This document shows positions 21,239 to 30,127 of a DNA stretch of 64,000 bases, piece after piece (position 1 is the stretch's first letter; every line of letters begins with the position of its first letter). The notes beneath the pieces were generated by a model that saw only the letters and a program-made list of their open reading frames with translations, made no database searches and was not told the origin of the DNA. This stretch comes from Pseudomonadota bacterium. Its GTDB lineage: Bacteria; Bdellovibrionota; Bdellovibrionia; Bdellovibrionales; SG-bin7. The stretch spans positions 1 to 64,000 of the forward strand of contig JAWXAY010000070.1 in NCBI GenBank assembly GCA_034439715.1. The letters run 5' to 3'. A program made the translations under genes and the position numbers.

Positions 21239-23167
21239 TTAAGAAGATTTTTTCTTAAAGAGACCACTGAAAACGTCGCGGAGGTCAGCTTTAAGAATTC
21301 CTTTAGCTAGCGAGGTATTGGATTTTTCTAAATTTAAAACCCGCTGTTCCCTTTGAGCGGCAATGAAGTCTGATTTAGCGGCGACAGCCTTGTCAATAAA
21401 GCTCGCAGCATTCGCCTTATTACCTAGGTAATTTTGAATGAGGCCCTTAACCAGGAGATAAACCGCATCGCTGCGTAGTTCCATTGGCATTGCGTCAGTG
21501 ACCGATACTAATTCAGCAATGTTGATTGATCCCTGTTTATTCTCTCCTAGTTTTAAAGTCGCCCACATACGCAAGAGAGCTACCTTTGGCATTTTCGTTT
21601 CTAAACCTCGTATTCCATCGAGACTTTCAATTGCACTTTGAAACTGATTATTATTTACCATCCGAAATGAGCTCTCATACACAGTTTCTGCGTCTAAAAT
21701 GGACTGTGCATTACCTTGTTCCAGTTCACGAAGATAATCGCGCTTTGTTCCATCTTTAATTAAAACATTAAATGCCGACTGCACCTTATCAAATATTTTA
21801 CGAGTTAATTCCACAATCTCTTTAGGTAGATCATGGGCCTGTTTATCCGGGTGAAACACCTTTACTAGTTCGTGATAGGATTTTTTGATTTCCGATTCCG
21901 GTGCATTATTACTAACGTTGAGAATTTGAAAATAATTTTTTTTCTCAAAATCCGCCAGAGTTTTCTTAAGACGGCTCTTAAGCCTCACGATGTCGTTAAC
22001 TCCTCGCTCACCGTAGGCAATGACGCGATTAATAGCGAGGTAATGGGCCGCCGCCAGAAAGTCATGTTCATTAAAATTGCTGTCGGTTAACAGCCAGTCC
22101 AAACTTTTGTTGGAAACAAACAACTTATCCAGATTGGGGACACGTTGAAATAAAGGGTGCTCTTGTATTTCGACAAGCTTTTCATATAACGGTCCCTTAA
22201 TGACAACTTGATCCATCCAGCGCACATAAAATGCTTTAAGCCATGGTGAAGGAATATGAGACCAGCACCAAGTCATTAGTAATTCTCGAAATTGAATTAA
22301 ATTTAATCCCCGATCCGTAGGAAGATCGGGTGTTATATCAAAATTAATAGTGTAGGTGGTATCTTTAAGTAGATAGGTAAGTTGAGCCGTTAAAGCCGCC
22401 AACTGCAATTCTTTAGCAGCATGCGGACTAATAAGGTTTTGCCGTACCAAGTATTGTTCAATCTTCTCACCTGGGTTTAAATTTTCTGTAGAAAAATTTG
22501 GAGGTAAATAGCCAAACTCCTCAGCTAAGCGACAAAAGGTTTTTTCGAGGTCACTGCCGTCTTCAACGCTAACAATCTCATCGTTGTTAAAATAAATGTT
22601 TACAATCTGATTTTCGGGAGAGGTAACAGTCAGTTTTCCTGGTAGCCCCCCTTGCATTACAAACCCCAATAGAATAGCCAATTCATATCCGTGGCATGAC
22701 GAAGTCATATCAACAGCCTTTAGTATATCGCCTGTCTCCGCATCGGGCTGCCAAAAAATTCTAAATAATGGAGGGCGACTTAGAATTGACCGGTCCTCAT
22801 TCTGAGATTCAATTAAATATATGATCTCATCAACTAAAAAAGGTTTTACAAAAAAATCAGTGGAACCCGTACGCGCCATGGCCTCACGAATAAAAACTTT
22901 ATCTTTAAAGACACCGCTCATTAAAAAAAGTGGAGCATCTGTTAAATTTTGATCTTTAATTTTAGCCGCACAGTCAACGCCCTTTTCTCCTGGCAAAAAG
23001 CAATCAATGATAACGGCTCTAAAGGGTTCTAATTTTAATTTTTGATAGGCAGTCTCGGCTCGATTGCATATTACCGGCTCAAAGCCCTTTGCCTCGAGGC
23101 CACGACCAATCGCATTTGCTAATGTAGAGTCATCTTCAATAATTAATATTTTCTTTTCCTGAGCCAT
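21239..23167 (-). CDS. Response regulator with REC, central domain, DnaJ (HPD) domain and TPR-like C-terminus
   Basis: ILIIEDD/IIDCFLP/VKPF receiver; NYFQILNV...IKKSYHELVKVFHPDK J-domain. Likely start ATG 23167. Confidence 0.85.
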   Translation of the reverse strand: MAQEKKILIIEDDSTLANAIGRGLEAKGFEPVICNRAETAYQKLKLEPFRAVIIDCFLPGEKGVDCAAKIKDQNLTDAPLFLMSGVFKDKVFIREAMARTGSTDFFVKPFLVDEIIYLIESQNEDRSILSRPPLFRIFWQPDAETGDILKAVDMTSSCHGYELAILLGFVMQGGLPGKLTVTSPENQIVNIYFNNDEIVSVEDGSDLEKTFCRLAEEFGYLPPNFSTENLNPGEKIEQYLVRQNLISPHAAKELQLAALTAQLTYLLKDTTYTINFDITPDLPTDRGLNLIQFRELLMTWCWSHIPSPWLKAFYVRWMDQVVIKGPLYEKLVEIQEHPLFQRVPNLDKLFVSNKSLDWLLTDSNFNEHDFLAAAHYLAINRVIAYGERGVNDIVRLKSRLKKTLADFEKKNYFQILNVSNNAPESEIKKSYHELVKVFHPDKQAHDLPKEIVELTRKIFDKVQSAFNVLIKDGTKRDYLRELEQGNAQSILDAETVYESSFRMVNNNQFQSAIESLDGIRGLETKMPKVALLRMWATLKLGENKQGSINIAELVSVTDAMPMELRSDAVYLLVKGLIQNYLGNKANAASFIDKAVAAKSDFIAAQREQRVLNLEKSNTSLAKGILKADLRDVFSGLFKKKSS

Positions 23168-23174
23168 TAGAAGC

Positions 23175-23201
23175 TTTTCGGATAGGTAGGATAAAAATTT
23201 A
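23175..23201 (-). promoter_or_regulatory. Putative sigma28 (FliA) promoter of the REC-DnaJ gene
   Basis: Minus strand TAAA-N15-TCCGAAAA, compared with the TAAA-N15-GCCGATAA consensus. Confidence 0.5.
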
Positions 23202-23304
23202 ATGAATCGAGACCAAGGGTAAGCTAATCGAAAGGCTGGACCTAGGTGCAGGCGCTCCCCCACCTAGGCATAGGAGTCTTGCTATAGAATAATAGTCGAA
23301 TAAT

Positions 23305-23331
23305 TAAAGAAAAAATCGGTGGCACCGATAA
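23305..23331 (+). promoter_or_regulatory. Putative sigma28 (FliA) promoter of the chemosensory operon
   Basis: TAAA (23305-23308)-N15-ACCGATAA (23324-23331), one mismatch to consensus, upstream of an MCP gene. Confidence 0.7.
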
Positions 23332-23404
23332 TTTATTTAGGTTTCGTCATCTGATTGTATTTGTTTTGTTCTGAATTAATTAGCGAAACAAAAAGGGGAA
23401 GCAA

Positions 23405-25429
23405 ATGTTTAAGAGTTTTAAGGGCAGACTAATCGGCTTAATTGTTTTTATTATGTTTACGACGGGCGTGGTAAACTTTATGCAATTTAAGCATGCCCTT
23501 AACGGGCAAAGCGAAGATATATTAAAGAGTTTCAATATTCACTCAGAGGCCATTGCCAACGCTATTGCAGCGCAGTTTTATGAGCGATATGGCGACGTAC
23601 AAGCATTTGCGCGTAATGACGGATTACTAAACCTCGATTCTAGTAATATAGAGGGTATTTTTAACGAATACGCAAAACTTTACGGAATATATGACGTCAT
23701 TTTACTCGTAGACCTACAAGGAAAGTACATCGCCAGCAATACAATATTACCTGATGCGAGCCCGTTAGACTCAGGCCCCCTTAAAACCATGAATTTTTCT
23801 AATGAACCCTGGTTTAGGTCCGTTCTTAATGGCCAATTTACCGAAGAGCCAGCTAAGGCGCTAACTGGTACCTACGTTGAAGATGCGCATGTCGACCCCA
23901 TTACAACAGCAGTACTAAAAAAAGAACAGTTCGGGAACAGCTTCACGGCGATTTTTAAAGATAAACAAGGTAAACCACTCGGTATAATTACCAACCGCGC
24001 TAACTTTAAGTGGGTTGAACTTGAAGCTCAGATTTCCTACCGTGCCTTAAAGGCTCGCGGTCTAGCAACGGCGGAGGTTACCGTAATTAGTAAAGACGGT
24101 TCAGTAATAGTCGATTACGATCCCACAGTTAGAAATGGTAACGTCGACGTTCAACACGACTTTGCTGTTCTCAACAAATTAAACCTGGCGGAGAAAGGTC
24201 TTGATGCTGCTAAACAACTAGTTGCCGGAAAATCGGGTTCTCAACTTGCCAAACATATTCGTAAAGGAGTTAACCAAATTGTTGGTTTTAGCAAAATAGA
24301 ATCACCGAAAATGTTAAGCTCCATGGGTTGGGGCACGATGGTGAGAGTCGATGCCGATGAGGTTTTTTCAGTTATTAATAATTCTCAAAGGCTATTTTAT
24401 CTAATCTCAGCTGTAATGTTCGTATTATTTGGACTTTTAGTGTGGTTACTTTCAAGCAAGATCGCAGCACAAATCGGCGGCATAACCCATAAGATTTCGG
24501 AAGCTGGTTTAAAAGTTTCTTCTGCCGGTTCTCAGTTGTCGATGGCGAGCCAACAAGTTTCCTCGGGATCTTCAGAGGCCGCTGCAAGTCTTGAAGAAAC
24601 AGTATCTTCTATTGAAGAACTTTCAAGTATGGTGAAGCTCAATGCCGACAATGCAAAACAAGCCAAGGCACTCTCTCAGACAAGCACTAAATCAGCTGAA
24701 GAGGGCGAAACTGAAATTCGTGGATTAATTACTTCTATGAAAGAGATTGCAAAAAGCTCAAAGAAAATCGAAGAGATTATCAACGTGATTGATGATATCG
24801 CCTTTCAAACAAATCTTCTTGCCCTTAACGCAGCTGTAGAAGCGGCGCGGGCCGGAGAGCAAGGCAAAGGTTTTGCGGTAGTTGCAGAAGCCGTGAGAAA
24901 CCTCGCCCAAAGAAGTGCATCCGCTGCCAAAGACATTACGTCATTAATTAAGGATAGTGTTTCGCAAATTGATCAGGGCACAAAGGTGGCAGACGCCAGC
25001 GGCAATGTTTTGAAAAATATTGTTACCTCAGTTAAGAAAGTTTCTGATCTTAATAACGAAATTGCATCTGCAAGCGCTGAACAGGCCAACGGAATTAGTC
25101 AAATTACTAAGGCGATGAATGAACTTGATCGCTCCACTCAGCAGAACGCATCGGCGTCGGAGGAAGTGGCAGGAGCGGCCACGCAAATGTCGAGTCAGGC
25201 CGACACTTTGAAAACGCTAGTGAGTGATTTAACAATAGTTATTGAGGGTGTCGCATCCAGGACGGTAATTAAGGAAGAACCGAAGGCTTCGCCACCGCGA
25301 CAGGGTTCAATCACGCCCATAAGCGCTTCACGCAAGCATTCATCAAAACCAAAAAATGAAGAGGTTGAAAAAATGATTCCCTTTAATGACGAGACAGCCG
25401 GAAAACTTGGCACAACAGACGGGTTTTAA
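23405..25429 (+). CDS. Methyl-accepting chemotaxis protein with large Cache-like periplasmic domain
   Basis: Two TM segments; IAFQTNLLALNAAVEAARAGEQGKGFAVVA hairpin tip; C-terminal IPF...GTTDGF tail. Confidence 0.97.
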   Translation: MFKSFKGRLIGLIVFIMFTTGVVNFMQFKHALNGQSEDILKSFNIHSEAIANAIAAQFYERYGDVQAFARNDGLLNLDSSNIEGIFNEYAKLYGIYDVILLVDLQGKYIASNTILPDASPLDSGPLKTMNFSNEPWFRSVLNGQFTEEPAKALTGTYVEDAHVDPITTAVLKKEQFGNSFTAIFKDKQGKPLGIITNRANFKWVELEAQISYRALKARGLATAEVTVISKDGSVIVDYDPTVRNGNVDVQHDFAVLNKLNLAEKGLDAAKQLVAGKSGSQLAKHIRKGVNQIVGFSKIESPKMLSSMGWGTMVRVDADEVFSVINNSQRLFYLISAVMFVLFGLLVWLLSSKIAAQIGGITHKISEAGLKVSSAGSQLSMASQQVSSGSSEAAASLEETVSSIEELSSMVKLNADNAKQAKALSQTSTKSAEEGETEIRGLITSMKEIAKSSKKIEEIINVIDDIAFQTNLLALNAAVEAARAGEQGKGFAVVAEAVRNLAQRSASAAKDITSLIKDSVSQIDQGTKVADASGNVLKNIVTSVKKVSDLNNEIASASAEQANGISQITKAMNELDRSTQQNASASEEVAGAATQMSSQADTLKTLVSDLTIVIEGVASRTVIKEEPKASPPRQGSITPISASRKHSSKPKNEEVEKMIPFNDETAGKLGTTDGF

Positions 25430-25430
25430 T

Positions 25431-25904
25431 ATGAAAATAACAAAGTATTTAACCTTTATTTTAAAAGGACAGCCTTACGGAGTTCCGATCGGTGCCGTGC
25501 GCGAGATTAATCGCGTGACGGAAATCACTCCAGTGCCTCAAACTCCTGCCTTCGTGGCAGGTGTAATAAATCTGCGAGGGAAAGTGATACCAGTCGTTGA
25601 TTTGCGGATGAAATTAGGCATGCCCAACACGCAGCAGACTAAACAAACTTGCATTATAGTTATCGAAGGCCAGTCTGAGCAGGTTGGAATGATCGTGGAC
25701 TCAGTGAGTGGTGTGGTGGATTTGAGCGAAGATCAAATTGAACCTCGTCCTACAATGGGTAATGAAGACAAACTTAATTATGTACTCGGTATGGGCAAGA
25801 TCGATAACAATGTGGTTATTCTAATTGATATCGTAAAAGCTCTAAATAAGGAAGAGCTGACTAAGATTTATTCAACGATTGAATCCAGTCAGATAGCAGC
25901 GTGA
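25431..25904 (+). CDS. cheW: Chemotaxis coupling protein CheW
   Basis: YLTF, VREI, ITPVP, GVINLRGKVIPVVDLR and GMIVDSV motifs. Confidence 0.96.
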   Translation: MKITKYLTFILKGQPYGVPIGAVREINRVTEITPVPQTPAFVAGVINLRGKVIPVVDLRMKLGMPNTQQTKQTCIIVIEGQSEQVGMIVDSVSGVVDLSEDQIEPRPTMGNEDKLNYVLGMGKIDNNVVILIDIVKALNKEELTKIYSTIESSQIAA

Positions 25905-25910
25905 GCAGGT

Positions 25911-27134
25911 ATGGAAACCAAACCGGCCATACAGCCAAATAACATCAGAATTGATTCTGACCGAGTCGAAAATATTCTCGATCTGGTCGGCGAACTAGTG
26001 GTCATTAAGAGCCAAGTATTGAATCAATGTGCCAATTACGCGACCGATACTCGATTGAACTCCATCGCAGCGCAATTAGATAAAACCATTCGTGAGCTAC
26101 AAGATAAAACATTGAGTATGCGGCTAACTCCGCTAAAGAATCTGTTTTTAAAAACGCAACGAGTGGTACGGGACCTATCAGTAAAGCTTGATAAGCCCGT
26201 CGAGTTTCATATGCTGGGAGAGGACACCGAGATTGATCGCAGAATGGTCGATCTATTAGGTGACCCACTTCTTCATATTGTGCGTAACTGCCTAGATCAC
26301 GGTGTTGAAGAAACTGTTGCGCGCAAGAAAAAGGGTAAGAATGCGTCTGGCCACATACACCTACATGCTAAACAACTTGGCGATAGAATACAAATTTCAA
26401 TTACTGATGATGGTGCAGGTATAGACCGTAATGTCGTTATCCAAAAAGGCCAAGAAAAAGGCTTAATTTCGGCTACACAAGATGTCGAAAAACTCACGGA
26501 CCAACAAGTTTATAGTTTGCTTTTCGAAGTTGGTTTTTCAACTGCCAGTGCCGTGACCGACGTTTCGGGCCGAGGAGTTGGGATGGATGTCGTAAAATCC
26601 AATGTAGAAAAAATGAAAGGCGATATTGAAATCGATTCGAAGCCGGGTGTGGGTACCAAAATCATACTTACTCTGCCACTAACAACATCGATTACCGATG
26701 GTATGATTACGCAGGCGGGAAATCACTTATATATAATTCCTATGGAGTGTATTCTTGAACTCATTCATGTTACCGACGCCGACTTTTTAACACTTGAAAA
26801 TGGCACCAAAGCTATTAACCATCGCGAACAAGTCTACCCAATATTGGATCTCGAAGATATTTTTTCTAAAGAAAATCCATTTAATGTAGAAAATCTCGCA
26901 AAGAGCGAACAAAAAATGTATGTCCTGGTGGAGTCAGGAAAAAAGCGTTTATTGGTTGGAGTCAATTTTGTAATTGGTCAAACCCAAGTTGTACTTAAAC
27001 TTCTTGGTGACAGCTTTAGACAAATTAAGGGAATTTCTGGCGCTTCAATATTGGGTGACGGTAAAATTGCACTAGTTATTAATCCTTTGGGATTAGAAAA
27101 TCTTTTGGATGACCCGTCATTGAGGAACCAATGA
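25911..27134 (+). CDS. cheA: CheA-like kinase lacking the P1 (Hpt) and P2 domains (dimerization + HATPase + CheW only)
   Basis: Starts directly at IRID...LDLVGELV (P3). Has HIVRNCLDHG, DDGAG, GFST and VSGRGVGMDVV, plus C-terminal P5. No Hpt His motif. Confidence 0.9.
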   Translation: METKPAIQPNNIRIDSDRVENILDLVGELVVIKSQVLNQCANYATDTRLNSIAAQLDKTIRELQDKTLSMRLTPLKNLFLKTQRVVRDLSVKLDKPVEFHMLGEDTEIDRRMVDLLGDPLLHIVRNCLDHGVEETVARKKKGKNASGHIHLHAKQLGDRIQISITDDGAGIDRNVVIQKGQEKGLISATQDVEKLTDQQVYSLLFEVGFSTASAVTDVSGRGVGMDVVKSNVEKMKGDIEIDSKPGVGTKIILTLPLTTSITDGMITQAGNHLYIIPMECILELIHVTDADFLTLENGTKAINHREQVYPILDLEDIFSKENPFNVENLAKSEQKMYVLVESGKKRLLVGVNFVIGQTQVVLKLLGDSFRQIKGISGASILGDGKIALVINPLGLENLLDDPSLRNQ

Positions 27135-28033
27135 AATATGACAACTCCGGTGCGGCTAAAAATCTCGTTGCTGAAGGGCAAGATGAGATCAAAGAACTGG
27201 TGGCGGAAACTGAGGGTTTCGAGAAACTAGCCGCTCTTCTAAAAGAATACACAGGTATAAACCTACCCACAAACTCAAAAAACATCTCGTTAATGGCGAA
27301 CCGCATGCGAAAGGTTCTTAAAAGCTCCCAAGTCGTTAGCTATAAGGAATTTTTGCGTATTCTGGAGAGTGGAGACTCTCGTGGCCGTCATGATTTCGTG
27401 ACAGCTCTAACAACTAATACCACTCACTTTTTTCGTGAAAATTCCCACTTCGAATTTTTACAACAAAATCTTCCAGCAATGATTTCTCGCAAAAGAAAAT
27501 TGGCTTCTCCCGAGTTGCGCATTTGGTGTGCAGCTGCAAGCACTGGCCCAGAGGTTTACTCAATTATGATTACCCTCCTGGAAGCGCTGGGTTCAACCTT
27601 TCTCAGTTATCCAATAAAGTTTTTAGCCACCGACATTGACGTCAAAGTATTAAAGAAGGCGGCTGCTGGAATTTACAATAAAAAAGAAATGGAAGGTGTG
27701 CCGTCTTTTTTTATGCAGAAATACTTCGAAAAGATTCCGAACGCAACCGAGGTTACTTACCGCGTACTTCCAATTTTGCAAAGCGGAATTCGCTTTGCCC
27801 CATTTAATCTTATGACAGAGAAATATCCATTTAAAAATCATTTTGACATCATATTTTGTCGCAATGTTTTGATTTACTTTGATTCTAAAACGTCGTTAGA
27901 AGTTGTCGGTCGGTTGGTCGATCGCTTGGAAGTAGGTGGTCTTCTATTTCTAGGACACGCGGAATTTGGTACTATGAAGGCTCCAAAGTTAAACATATTA
28001 GGGCACTCCATATTTGAAAAGAGACAAGCATGA
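27131..28033 (+). CDS. cheR: Chemotaxis methyltransferase CheR
   Basis: LTTNTTHFFRE, IWCAAASTGPEVYS, ATDID, FDIIFCRNVLIYF and LFLGHAE motifs. Confidence 0.96.
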   Translation: MKYDNSGAAKNLVAEGQDEIKELVAETEGFEKLAALLKEYTGINLPTNSKNISLMANRMRKVLKSSQVVSYKEFLRILESGDSRGRHDFVTALTTNTTHFFRENSHFEFLQQNLPAMISRKRKLASPELRIWCAAASTGPEVYSIMITLLEALGSTFLSYPIKFLATDIDVKVLKKAAAGIYNKKEMEGVPSFFMQKYFEKIPNATEVTYRVLPILQSGIRFAPFNLMTEKYPFKNHFDIIFCRNVLIYFDSKTSLEVVGRLVDRLEVGGLLFLGHAEFGTMKAPKLNILGHSIFEKRQA

Positions 28034-30111
28034 GCAACGAAAAACTTGATCTCCATGAACAAGTTATGGTTGTTGCCACTGACGAGGGCACTCGCAAAAT
28101 CGTCATGGCTGCGCTTGAAGACCTTACCCTTAATGGCAAAGGTTTTCCCTCTGCAGATCTTGCTCTAAAGGAAATGGGTGGTTTGAATCCTTTTCTTACA
28201 ATAGTGGATTTTAAATTAATTGACATGGATCCCTTCGTCTTTGAACAAGAGATCAGAAAAGAATTTCCAGTCATGCCAATTATGTTTCTTGTTGAATCCA
28301 TTGATAAAGAATCTGCTGTTTCGGGTTTAGCTCGCAATTGCCAGATTATCGAAAAACCGGTAAAGAAGGAAACTCTCAAAAATTTTATTTTAAAAAGCGC
28401 CAAACAGAGAATTTCTGATATTGAAAATGACAACAAAGAGATAGAAGAAATCACTCAACTTTTTGTCGAAGAGTCATATGACTTAATGAAAGACGCCCAT
28501 CAGTTGATTTTGCGTCTAGAAGAAGAGCCCATCGATCCTACTGTAATCAATTCTCTTTTTCGAAAAGTTCACTCTATCAAGGGTGGCGCCAGCGCACTAC
28601 CCAACGCAAAAACTTTAAATGCCCTTATGCATGCGTTTGAAACAGTCCTGTCTTCGGTTAAAAAGGGTGAAATTGTCCCCAACGCAAAGTCAATTAATCT
28701 TTTTTTGGAATCTGCAGACCTTTGCTTACATATTCTTAATGTCATTAAGTCGAACGCACAGCCCGATGACAAGCTTTTATCATCTGTAAAAGCAGCAGTA
28801 GTGGGATTAAAGAACCTTAAGGATAGCGGAAATGTAGTGTCCGAGAAAAAGGTCGTTCAGACTGAAGTACCCGGCACGGCACAGAGTTTTCAGCAAGAAG
28901 AAGAAGGCATTTGGGTTACCAATGAAAAACTAGATTCCTTCATGGCGCTGTCGGGAGAGCTCATTGTTTTGAAAAACAATTTTTACATGATGAGTCGAGA
29001 TGTAGGAATTCGATCGAGTCCTGAAAAACTTGAAAAAAAACATTCAGAGTTTGCCTATAGCTTGAATAAAATTACAGATCATTTGCAAGAACACATTATG
29101 TCAGTGCGCAAAGTTTCTCTAGAAAAAGCTTTTAGTAAATTGGGTCGCATTATTCGCCAGACCGGTCTCGAAGTAGGAAAGAAAATTAAACTACGCACTG
29201 AGGGCCTTGAATTAGGTGTCGATAAAAATATTGCTGCAAGCTTAAGTTCGAGTCTTGTGCACATGGTAAGAAATTCGATTGATCATGGAATTGAGACTCC
29301 ACAAAAGCGAAAAGAGGCTGGCAAGCAAGAGGAAGGCACGATTCTTATCAAAGCCTTCGAGAGTCGAGGAGTCATTCATATGATCGTGAGTGATGACGGC
29401 GGCGGCATTCCAAAAAATAAGTTACTTGATCGCGCACTTCAAAGCGAACTCATTACGCAAGCTAAAGTACCCAGCATGACGGACGAGGAGATTCTAGATT
29501 TGATTTTTCTGCCGGGCTTTACGACTGCAGAAAAAGTCACAGACCTTTCGGGCCGTGGAGTTGGCATGGATGTGGTTAAGTCTTCAGTTCTGCAGCACTC
29601 AGGAAAAATAAGGGTAGAAACCGAACCCGGAATTGGCAGCAAATTTTACTTAGAGATTCCAGTGCCAAAAGCGGTGATGGTAGAATACACAGTCTTGAGC
29701 CGCTGGAAAGGCTCGATGTTCGCAGTACCCCTAACAGCAATCGCGCGAATTGTTTCGTGTAATCGTTTAACTCTTACTGAAATTGGGCATGTAAGGATGT
29801 GTCAGTATGACGGAAAGTCGATAGTACTAAGAAGCTTCGATGAACTTTTACATGGACGTGATATTGAAAACGCCGAGACCGTTAAATTTAAAACTGTCAT
29901 CGTATTAAGACATAAAGAAAAGTTTGTGGGACTGTTGGTTGACTGTATTGAAGATCAATTTGAGGCCGTTGTTAGATCGTTTGATCACATTGTAAAAAAG
30001 ATTCCAGGGTTTAAAGGTACTGCCATTTTGGGTAATGACGAGATTGCCTATGTTATTTCGCCGGAGGAAATGGTGGGACTCTTGCAAAAAGATGAAAGTG
30101 TAGCAGCTTAA
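28030..30111 (+). CDS. cheA: CheA with N-terminal atypical receiver domain (REC*-Hpt-dimer-HATPase-CheW)
   Basis: LFRKVHSIKGGA Hpt; HMVRNSIDHG, DDGGG and LSGRGVGMDVV kinase motifs. N-terminal ~120 aa is receiver-like (IVDFK...IEKP). Confidence 0.9.
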   Translation: MSNEKLDLHEQVMVVATDEGTRKIVMAALEDLTLNGKGFPSADLALKEMGGLNPFLTIVDFKLIDMDPFVFEQEIRKEFPVMPIMFLVESIDKESAVSGLARNCQIIEKPVKKETLKNFILKSAKQRISDIENDNKEIEEITQLFVEESYDLMKDAHQLILRLEEEPIDPTVINSLFRKVHSIKGGASALPNAKTLNALMHAFETVLSSVKKGEIVPNAKSINLFLESADLCLHILNVIKSNAQPDDKLLSSVKAAVVGLKNLKDSGNVVSEKKVVQTEVPGTAQSFQQEEEGIWVTNEKLDSFMALSGELIVLKNNFYMMSRDVGIRSSPEKLEKKHSEFAYSLNKITDHLQEHIMSVRKVSLEKAFSKLGRIIRQTGLEVGKKIKLRTEGLELGVDKNIAASLSSSLVHMVRNSIDHGIETPQKRKEAGKQEEGTILIKAFESRGVIHMIVSDDGGGIPKNKLLDRALQSELITQAKVPSMTDEEILDLIFLPGFTTAEKVTDLSGRGVGMDVVKSSVLQHSGKIRVETEPGIGSKFYLEIPVPKAVMVEYTVLSRWKGSMFAVPLTAIARIVSCNRLTLTEIGHVRMCQYDGKSIVLRSFDELLHGRDIENAETVKFKTVIVLRHKEKFVGLLVDCIEDQFEAVVRSFDHIVKKIPGFKGTAILGNDEIAYVISPEEMVGLLQKDESVAA

Positions 30112-30127
30112 TAATTCGGAGGAAGAA

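Noticed and set aside
23332..23404. Possible c-di-GMP riboswitch in the MCP leader
   Set aside because: Only a short GTTTCG/CGAAAC pairing; the GEMM consensus elements are not recognisable.
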